Assembly: GCA_964247055.1 (NCBI GenBank) | Contig: OZ176057.1 | Span: 1,054,001-1,118,000 of the forward strand | Direction of reading: 5' to 3' | DNA from: Paragordius varius | Lineage: Eukaryota > Animalia > Nematomorpha | DNA: 64,000 bases | In this document: piece after piece, positions 54,320-64,000 of the stretch | Position numbering within the stretch: position 1 is the first letter of the stretch | Layout: each line of letters opens with the position of its first letter | Program-made: the position numbers and the translations under genes | Notes under the pieces: generated by a model | Told to the model about the DNA's origin: nothing | The model's input: the letters and a program-made list of their open reading frames with translations, nothing else | The model's database searches: none

Positions 54320-57300
54320 TGAGTAAAAACTGAAATACACGTAAAAATATAAAGACAAATATTTGTTTTTAAAAAAAGACAACCATACTTTTTAAAAGAG
54401 TCTTTTTTTGCTATATAAAATATTTACTTAAAATAGTAAATTATATAATTAATTCTGCTACCAATTCATATTACATTTTTATGTTTTGCAGTTTAAAACA
54501 ATATATATTTCAAAAAATCAAAATTCAAAAATATGGTTGTATTTTAGGGAAAAATATTAATCTTTATATTTTTACACTTTTGTCTGTATAATTTCAATTT
54601 TTATTGTATTTCTCTAAAAGACATTCCCTATACCTTTTAAATTTTGATTTTTTTAAATATATCTTATCTTATTATTTTAAGTATAAAATAGCAATGTAAA
54701 TTGGTAACCACTAAAAATATATATTTTACGATTTCATTTAAATAATTTTTATAGGATAATTTAAAGTTTTAAAAAAAGCTAGCGGTCTTAGGAGAAAAAA
54801 ATATTTGTCTATATATTTTTACGTGTTGTCCGTATAATTTAATTTTACTGTGATATATAGCTATATATATATATACAAATAAAATTATTGTTAAATAAGA
54901 TTAATTTATACTATCTTAAAATTTCTAAGCTAATAAAAATAAAAGAGGTTTAAAGGGTTAAAATAATTTATTAAGATTGTAAAATGACTATGATATTAAT
55001 TATTCTTGTAAACTAAAATATGTAAAATATGAATTTTTAACAATATTTTTAAAAACCAAGTTTTTCAAGTAAATTTTTTAAATAATTAACAAAAGCTATA
55101 GTTAAATATTTATATATATATATATATATATATTATCATTTGCACTTCGAGAATGTTCTTAAATATAAACATTTTAAGTTGGCCCTTAAAGTTTTAATTT
55201 AACCGTAATTGCAGTTGTTATTTTATTTTATTATTTTTTAACCAAATTTTTTTTAATAATTATATATATTTATTCATCTAAAATAAAAAATTTTATTCAA
55301 AAACCACTTTTTTGTTTAAAACTATTTTTTCTAATTTCACAAAATTATTAACTTTTTAATGTTTTAATAAAAAATTGTGAATAATAACCCAGAAAATAAA
55401 TTTTTATTAGAAAAAATTTTAAAAATATCCAAATTAATTTTGAAAAATTAATAATGATATAGGATTTCTGTTAAAAGTTGATTATTAATTTAAAATTTAT
55501 GTTGAATAATATAAAATAAAAACGATATAGATGAATGATATACCATTTAATAATAAAAGTTAAAAACAAAATAAAAAAATCAAAGGACCAAATTTAAGTG
55601 TTGAAGGACACTCTTGAAGTACAAATGGTATACATGAATATTTTTTAGATCTATTAAATAATTTCAGTATATTTAGTATATTTCATATTTCTTTAATAAA
55701 AATATCTGATAATTTTTATGATAATGTTTAAGGTTAAATATAGTAATAATTCATATTGTATAAATGTAAATATACCCAGGCTTCTGATGAAAATCTAGCG
55801 TACAGGATATTATGTCTTTTTCACCTATAAAGTGTATATATATTTAAAAAACAAATGAAAATCGCTAGTGAATAAATTATGTGCAAAAAAATTTATAAAT
55901 TTTTATTAAAAAAAAATATTTATAAAAAAAACATCAATATGCTGCATTAAAAATTCATTTATATATATATATATATATACCATTTAAAATTCAAATTTAC
56001 CCTAAAAATAAATTATATGTCTGAATAATATAACTCATTATTATTAAATGAAATATATCTTTACGGCATAGTTTATTATTTTTTCTACAATTATTTTCAT
56101 TTAAAACAAATTTTTATTTTTTAAAAATATATAAAAATATCTTAAAAAACACATATTTTATTTGCGGGTGAATTTGAATAGTTTAAGTGCGAAATTGTTC
56201 GAGGGTAATTTGAGTTGAGGATAAATTTAAATTGTTAATGGTATATTTGTAAATTTTTTGATTATATTTCAAAAATATTAATATTATAGTAATTTTTTTC
56301 AGAGCGTAAATAATAATTATATGGATCTTCGTATGTTTTCTAGTCTTTTTGTTATGTTTAAAATATGTTAAAATTATAAAAAGCCCATATATATTTCGAA
56401 TGTAATATTTGTGTTAAAATGCCTAATTTTAAAGCAATTGAAAAAGCGCTAATTTTTAATTCCAAACAAATAATAATAATTGCGTTTTGAAAAGTTTTAT
56501 GTTAAATATTCCTATCTTAAAAGTTTAATTTTCTTTTAGTGCATACCTAAATCTAAAACTGTATCAAAGGGTGGTAATTGACATGATATCCAATATTTTT
56601 GCATAAGGCTATGTAATTTGGAAAAATTGCCATTAATTATATGGCAATTTTTGACATTTAAATGAGTTTTTTCTTGAATAATTTTTCGAAGGGTTATATT
56701 TTGTAGGAATGATTGAAATATCAGCGTATTGAATATGTCCTATATTTATATATAGAATATAACTATTATACGAATCCACAAAATTATTCTTAAAATGTTT
56801 CCTGAGATCTAAAATTTAGATTTTCTATTTCTAAACCGATAAATAAATAATCTCTCTTTCAAAGATATAAGTAAATTTCAATATACTAATGTGAAAATTA
56901 AAGTATTATTACCTATTATTATATAAAAAAATATTCTTTTTTCAAAGATATAAGTTAATTTGAATGTCTTATGTGAAAATAAAAGTATTATTACTTATTA
57001 TTATATAAAAAATATTTTTTATTTTCAAAATATATATATCAAATCCTTTTTCAAATTTATAAATCCCCACGAAAAAACATTGTCAGTTCGAATCTCCATA
57101 TATGTAAAACTTAGCAAAACTATTGAATAATTCAGATAAATTCATCTTAGTTTCGTTAACAATAAAATCAAAAAAAATTATTACAAATTACTCTATAAAT
57201 TATATTAGGATTTATCATCGTCGTAAAATTATCAGGTATCTCCGCTTTAAGGGAATTCTGAATTTCGTTTAAATTTTCATGAGATATTTTTCCAGATTGT

Positions 57301-60300
57301 CCTGAATGAGCCATCTCTTTATTACTAATATTACTTTTCATAGAAGCAATATTATATGGGGCGTACAATAAAACTGTTAAAATTAACGACGAATTTTGCA
57401 AGTTATTTTGTAATTTAGGCTTTGAAAAATAATTGTTAGACTCATAAAAAGCGACATCTTTTTTATGAGAAGGCTGCATTGTTGCTAATAATTGTTGAAA
57501 AAGTCCAGAAAACAATTTTCCAGTGCTGCTTGAAACATCGCAAATGGTATTTACAAGTAATTTTTCATACAACACTGTCCCTTGTTGCATGTCTAACAAA
57601 TTGTTAAAGTCTGTAGAAAGAAAGAAAAAAAATATATTTTTATATATACCAATTACAATTCAAATTCATCAGCCTGCAATTCAAATTCACCCTTAAACCA
57701 ATTCAAATTCACCCTTAAACAATTCGAATTCACCCTTAAACCAATTCAAATTAACCCTTAAACTATTTAAATTTACCCTTAAACCAATTTATATTCACCC
57801 TTGGACAATTCAAATTCACCCTTAAGCAATATAAATTCACCCTCGAACAATTCAAATTGACCCTAAAAATATATTATGTGTTTTCCATCAAACATAACTC
57901 ATGTGATTAATATGAAATATATTATTACGACATAGTTTATTATTTTTTTGGGCATTATATAAATTTTAAACAGAATTTCACATTTTAAAATTGTTTAAAA
58001 AATAAAAGTAATTTTTAAACTTAAAAAAAACACTAAAACACACAAATTTATTTTAGGGTCAATTTGAATTGTTTGAGGTTGAATTGTTTAAGGGTAAATT
58101 ATCCTTTAAAACTGGAAAAACGATATTTTCAATACCCATATTTTTTCCAAATATGTATAAAAAGATTTAGAGGTATATAAGTAAAAGGTAAGTATAATTG
58201 TGAGAAATATAAAAATTTAAAGGTTTAGTAATCGTTAACCTCTAATAATTAGAGCTATAAAAAAATTTTATCAATACATTTTAATTAATTATTTAACCCT
58301 TGTACAACCGTTATATACCATTTTTTAAGATTTAAAATTACCTTTATTTTATATTTTTAAATATGAAATTCTGTTTATAATATAATGCTGAAAAAATAAT
58401 AAAATATGGCGTAAAAATATATTTTATATAAATGATAGTTATATTTGCCCGAAAACTGAAAATTTATTTTCAGGGTGAATATAAATTGTAAATGGTTTAT
58501 AAGTATATATATATATATATATATAGAGTAAAAAGTGAAATTATACGGGCAAAATGTAAAAATATAAAGACAAATATTTTTTTTCAAAAGACAACCCCAC
58601 ACTTTTTTCCTTAATTTATCCTATATAAAAAACATTTAATTACAATCCTAAAATACATAATTGATATTGTCAATATAAATCTCTATACTATACTTTGTAA
58701 TCATAAACAATAAGTTATATCGCGAAAAATAAAGTTAAAGGCGTCTTTTAGAAAAAAAAATTGTCTTTATATTTTTACCTTTTGTCCGTATAATTAAAAT
58801 TTTTACCTGTATATTTATTATTATATATCTTTTATATTATTTATTTAATATACCATTTACACTTCAAATTCCCCCTTGAATTTAAATTCACCCTAAAAAT
58901 AAATTAGGTGTTTTCAAACTAATAGAATTCATTAATTATATGAAATATAACTTTATGGCGCATAGTTTATTATTTTTTCAGTATTATTTTAATTTAAAAC
59001 AAAATTTTTATTTTTTAATCATATAGATAAAAATATAGGTAATTTTTTATTTCAAAAAACATATATTTTATTTGAGGGTGAATTTGAATTGTTCGAGGGT
59101 GTATTTGAATTGTTTAAGGGTGAATTTAAATTGTTTAGGGGTGAATTTGAATTGTTCAAGGGCGAAGTTAAATTGTTTGAGGGTGAATTTATGTTTAAGG
59201 GTAAATTTGAATTGTTCGAGGGTGAATTTATGTTAAAGGGTGAATTTAAATTGTTCGAGTGTGAATTTAAATTATAAATGGTATAGTTACCAGAAATATC
59301 GCTATTAAACAAGGTATCCTCTAATATATCAGTTTTTGAATGCGTTATTTCACAGATGGGTCCGTAATTATTTTGTGAGGAATTTACATTAAAATGAGAA
59401 ATTTTTTTCGCCTCATTACAAGAACATAAAGATGGTGTATTACTTAACATAAAACATGCAAATTTTGCGTTTTGATTAAATTCTTCTTGGCATAATAAAA
59501 GTTTGCAATTTTTGTCAACTTGACCTCCATTGAAAAAGAATGGTAATAAAAAATTAAAAGGTTTAGTAACGATATTTATTGAATTCTTATCCGTACGATT
59601 TTCATGATTAATAAAATCTCCGATAGAAGCAGAATTTTTTGTTTTACATTGCATTGATTTGGTTTGAGGGGGTAGGCTTTCAGTATTAACATAAAATATG
59701 GGAAATATCAAGTCCCATATATCTACCAATAACTCTTCATTTGTCTAAAACACAAAAGACAAGTTTATAATTAATTGCATAAAAATAAAAATTAAAATGG
59801 ATATACCATTTACAAATTCAAATTCACCCTTAAACACAAATTCTAATTCACCCTTGAACAAATTCAAATTTACCTTTAAAAAATTTAAGTTCACTCTTTA
59901 ACACAAACTTAAACTCACCTCGAAAAATTGAAATTCAACCTTAAACAATTTATATTCACCCTTGAACAATTCAAATTCACCCTTAATAACAAATTCAAAT
60001 TCACCCTCAAATAAATAATATGTTTTTTAAGATTAAAAATTAACTTAATTTTTATATATATATGTTAAAAAATAAAATTTTGTTATAAAATAAAGTAATA
60101 CTGAAAAAAGTAATAAACTATGCCATAAAAATATATTGCATATTAATAATGAGTTATATTAGTTCGAAAATTTATTATTAGGGTGAATTTAAATTGTTCA
60201 AGGGTGAATTTGAACTATAAATGGTATATATAAAAATTATAAGAATAAACATCAATTTTTACAAAAGACAACAATACTTTATTTTAAACCTTAATTATCC

Positions 60301-61408
60301 ATTTCTAAACTATTGTTAAAATTGTAAAATATAGAATTGACCTATCTCTATTTCATACTTTGCAGTATAGTTTAAAATAATGTGAGTATGAGGTATATTG
60401 AGAAAAAGTCCGGTTTAAAAAGAGACAGCAAGTTTTAAAAAAATATTTGTCGTTATGTTGTCACGTTTTTATAATTTCGAATTCTACTGTAAAATGTATA
60501 AAATAAAAAGAGATTTATAATATACAGTAACGAGCACTATTATTTATGATAGCCATATCTGTATTATTTTAGTTTAAAGTGTTATTTAACAGTTTAATAT
60601 TTAATTGAACACTGTATAGTTTTTTCAACAATTTTCAAAAATATGTAATTACATTATGCATTTCAATGGTTGCTTATATCACACTATAGTACAGGACAAT
60701 TTGCAACACAGTAGTGTAATATGGAAAAATGATAGGAAAAAATGGTTTATTCAACATTTAGTTGTTTTTTTCATACACTACTGTGTGTTGCAAATTGCCC
60801 CCTACTATAGTGCAGTGAAATAAGCAAGCACATTAAAATGCATACTATTTAACAAAAAAACTCATACATTGCAACAGATAAAAAAAATAATTTCACAATT
60901 TCTAATTTTAATAAAATTGCATTATCCAAAAAAATCTTAAACTTTAGAGAGTTGACAGTTATAAACCAAAAAAACTAATTTTGCCCAAAAAAATAAAAAT
61001 TTAAAGACAAAACTTAAAAACATAAAGACAGCATATTTTTGAAAAGACAACCAAACTAGATTAAGCCTGACAATAATATATTATAATCTTATATTAATTG
61101 AGTTTATTAAGAATTTGAATTCCTATAATTCATTGTTCAACCTAAAACTTGAGGTTATATGCCAAAAAAATTTAAGGTTTTAAAAAATACAATTTTCTTT
61201 TTTTAATTTTTAAATTTTGTCATATACTATAAAAATATTTAACATAAAATATTTTTTAAGACCCTAAATTTCTGAAATATAACCGAGTGTTTGAATAAGA
61301 GTAAGGAATAGAGTTTTAAATTATGGATTTCTTTAAAGCATATGTCAAAAATATGAAAGTTTTCAAAATATTGTTGTTTCAATAAAAAAATTACATTGTC
61401 CTTTCATT

Positions 61409-61463
<55 letters not shown>

Positions 61464-63641
61464 TATAATTTAAAAAAACTTATTAAATAAAATAAAATAT
61501 TACTTCAAGTACTTGAATTAATCGTGGTAACAGCGTTTTAACTAAAATCTCGTGAACAAAATCCCTCATGAAGGCTGGTAAGATTGGTGAAGTGCTTAAT
61601 GAATTTTTATCTAATATAATTTTTGGTATAAAATAAATTCAATTAATAAAAAATTATTTCAAAAAAAAACTTTATATATAATCATATTTGAATATAATTC
61701 ATAAAATTTTTATTTCACGAAAAAAACCTTAATAAATCATATATAAAATTTGCTTATACATATATTTAACGAGTTAAAATCCTTGCAAAATATAATCGAA
61801 ATTCGCATTGCTAAATTTTTTCATTAAAACAAAATATAAAAAGTCTATGGAGAAAAAGTTCCAGAAACCCCAAAAACCAGCAATTTAAAATATCAAAATT
61901 AAATCATTTTCTTTTAAAAGCAACATTTTTTTTTATTAAAGTTTTAGATATAAATAATATATTTTTGATTATAAATCCAGTAAAATTTAAAATTTTACCG
62001 AGGACAAAACGTGTAAAAATATAAAGTCAAATACATTTTTTGTAAAAGACAACTATACTTTTTTATCTTGAATTAATTAATCTAAAACTCTTTGTTTGAA
62101 ACTGCAAAGTATGAATAGAAATCTAATCTAGTAACATAATCTTTTAAATATTTTACGATTATTATTAAGTCAAGTTAATAGGATAAATTAAGTCTAGTTT
62201 TTTGTAAAAAAAATAATTGTCTTTATATTTTCATTGTCCTTCAATTTTTACTGTATTTATAAATGAGGGAGCTATATATTTATTTACAAATGAAAAAGAT
62301 ATCAATCCAAATAATAAGGTGAAAATAATTAATTTAAAAATTATATAATAATAACAAAATTTAACCAACAATTTTATAATATATCCTAATTTATAAATTA
62401 TATTTAGGTTAATTTTTAACAAAAAAATATAGCATTTGTAAATATATTTTACACGAGAAAATATACCTTGCTAAAAAGGGTAAAATAGTTTTAGAAATTT
62501 GAAATTTTTAAATTCGATTCGATACAATTTACAATTCATAATCACCCTAAAAATAAATAATGTGTTTTGGGGCAAATATAATTCATTATTAATATGTAAT
62601 ATGTCTTTATGGTATAATTCATTATTTTTTCAATAATATATTGATTTTAAATAAAATTTTATGATTTAAATATACATAAAAATATAGACAACTTTTAATA
62701 TCAAAAACATATAATTTATTTGAGGGTGAATTTGAATTGTAAATGGTATATTATATTTTGATATTCATATAAATTTTTATTTCAGAAATAAGAACTTTAT
62801 ATGTAATGGGGTATAAAATCCTTAAACAATTCAATTCACCCTAAAAATAAATTATGTGTTTTCGAACTAATTAATTCATTAATAATGTGAAATATATCTT
62901 TATGGCATAGTATTATTTCAATACTATTTTAAATTTAAATATAATTTCATTTAAAAAAAAATACAATCATAATAAATAGGTAATTTTAAATTTTTTAAAA
63001 ACACATAATTTATTTTAGGGTGAATTTGAATTGTTCAAGGGTGAATTCAAAGTGTAAATGATACATATATATATATATATATAATATTAATTGAGTCTTT
63101 AGTAGTTATTTTTTGTAAATTTTTTTACCACATATATGAGACGGAGTTTTAGTTTCATAATTTTGTTGTTCATTTTCGGATTCGCTTGACAGTGGATGTT
63201 CAAATTTTTCTAATCAATTTTATTACAATAAAAAAAATTATATTTATATAAAATTTAAAATAATTTTCTATTAAATAAATAAATACCCCCTTTTTAAAAT
63301 AAGGTATGCTACATATAATTATTTAAAATTTTTACCAATTCTTTATTTTAGCTCTTTCTTATATTAAAAAGTCAATTTTAAACCACAAAAAAACATATTT
63401 TTTTCGAATTAAAATATAAATAATTCTACTAAGATTAAAAAAATATTCAATTTTAATTAATTTTTTTTAAAAAATATTTCTTAAAAATTATTTTATTTAC
63501 CATATCTTTTTGTATCAGGACCAGAAAAATTAGAAATACCATCAACGGCAACAGAAAATTTATTAATATATCTCACGAGAATGGTTAATAACTGAAGTGC
63601 CATATATAGAGTTATTGGTCTTAAATGATTCGTATTCATAA
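47298..63641 (-). CDS. CLEC16A: CLEC16A/Ema/GOP-1 homologue, C-terminal ~908 aa; N-terminal exons lie beyond the right edge
   Basis: Exons 63641-63501, 63209-63129, 61610-61504, 59744-59291, 57610-57192, 56739-56547, 55824-55776, 54083-53909, 52757-52314, 51048-50616, 49413-49276, 47392-47298 (TAA); all phases chain. Matches to recalled CLEC16A: DTVLDLGEKDIISCTL~DDVLDLNNSDLIACTV, WFLVVYDNIMALVIPHPKLLGHGIVKISAELK~RFLAVDIYQMSLVEPDVSRLGWGVVKFAGLLQ, DIEVANVVKDGKSL~DMQVTGVEDDSRAL, LTFEDTIRCRAAKNCLLRGRLRCRILK~FIFSDHIRCIIAKQRLAKGRIQARRMK. Confidence 0.85.
51795..52215. repeat. Local tandem duplication (~246-bp unit) in a CLEC16A intron
   Basis: ATCAACTCTTATATATTAATATTGG..ATTATTGAATTCAACTATAATTGA..GAAATT..CAAAAGTGAATTTTC starts at ~51795 and ~52041. 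Confidence 0.8.
56858..57020. repeat. Tandem duplication (~83-bp unit) in a CLEC16A intron
   Basis: TTCAAAGATATAAGT..GTGAAAAT.AAAGTATTATTAC.TATTATTATATAAAAAA at ~56858 and ~56941. Confidence 0.8.
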
Positions 63642-64000
63642 CTAAAAAAATATAAAATAAAAAAAAATTAAAAAAAAGAAAATTAAATAATGATAATTAA
63701 ATAAAAACCTAATAACATGTTTTGCTTCTAAAGATTTGAAAAAAACATAAAATTTTATCTGCTTATATTATTTTTTACCAATCTGATTTTTCAATAACTT
63801 AAAATGGAAAAAAATTTAATTTTCTTTAATAAATTTATATTGAAATTAAAATAAAATTATTTATTTTAAAAATTATAACACACATATTTTTTTGATAAAT
63901 TTAAAGATCATACACATTGTTTTAAGTTTTTTTAATAAATTTGGGGTAAGTCCATATGGAATAAAAAGATGTAGATTGGTAATGCAACTAAATTACTGTT

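Larger units (their letters stand above)
107..63060. mobile_element. MITE family A (foldback-like), ~30 dispersed copies within this span
   Basis: Ends are (A)TA-CCATTTACA ... TGTAAATGG-TA(T), with variable numbers of the 21-bp unit TTCAAATTCACCCTTGAACAA at each end and a ~200-bp AT-rich core. Approximate copies: 107-385, 1001-1272, 2665-3017, 4948-5190, 8301-8700, 9710-9939, 10499-10750, 10992-11240, 13999-14268, 20944-21184, 23510-24040, 24146-24630, 25089-25512, 25990-26160, 26780-27200 (two), 27564-28597, 30008-30230, 31493-31772, 32295-32526, 32876-33240, 47433-47789, 48847-49213, 51080-51665, 53600-53890, 55980-56241, 57649-58100, 58317-58496, 58853-59281, 59806-60227, 62525-62746, 62820-63060. 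Confidence 0.9.

Noticed and set aside
56280-56520. Frames resembling CLEC16A segments but containing TAA/TAG/TGA, hinting at stop-codon reassignment or a pseudo-exon
   Set aside because: Exon 56739-56547 joins exon 55824 in phase to give DTVLDLGEKDIISCT, matching the family, so this stretch is intron. The 544-codon GPCR ORF has no in-frame TAA/TAG, which supports the standard code.
62285-62330. HLIIWIDIFFI, superficially like CLEC16A HLHYLNDILII, as an extra exon
   Set aside because: There is an in-frame stop five codons upstream with no AG acceptor, the flanking exons join in phase without it, and they map downstream of that motif in the protein.
35402-62422. Remaining short 60-99 aa ORF-track entries in AT-rich DNA
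   Set aside because: They are rich in F/I/K/Y/N, many overlap MITEs or (TA)n tracts, and they lack splice or homology support.
1-64000. tRNA, rRNA or snRNA genes
   Set aside because: I found no cloverleaf, A/B-box or rRNA-like segment by eye; a tRNAscan-SE or Infernal run would be needed to exclude them.

Overview
This is very AT-rich (about 20% GC by eye) eukaryotic genomic DNA, and the class C GPCR points to a metazoan. Four multi-exon protein-coding genes could be assembled by hand with consistent GT-AG splice phases. (1) The 3' part of an unidentified Asn/Gln-rich low-complexity protein (+, 1484-13880). (2) An eIF3m (PCI-domain) gene (+, 19306-34557) whose first three introns are only 24, 30 and 23 nt, and which appears to splice onto an unexpected ~399-aa Pro/Tyr/Gly/His-rich C-terminal extension. 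(3) A complete mGluR-like class C GPCR (-, 43481-36768, ~865 aa). (4) The 3' part of a CLEC16A/Ema/GOP-1 homologue (-, from beyond the window to 47298). Introns and intergenic DNA are packed with non-autonomous DNA transposons: a foldback-like MITE with 21-bp subterminal arrays (~30 copies), several CAGT..ACTG/TA MITE families, and hAT-like elements (one with a perfect 8-bp TSD). There is also an internally deleted RTE-clade LINE relic and many (TA)n tracts. Homology calls come from my recall of family sequences, not from database searches. The species cannot be determined from this window.
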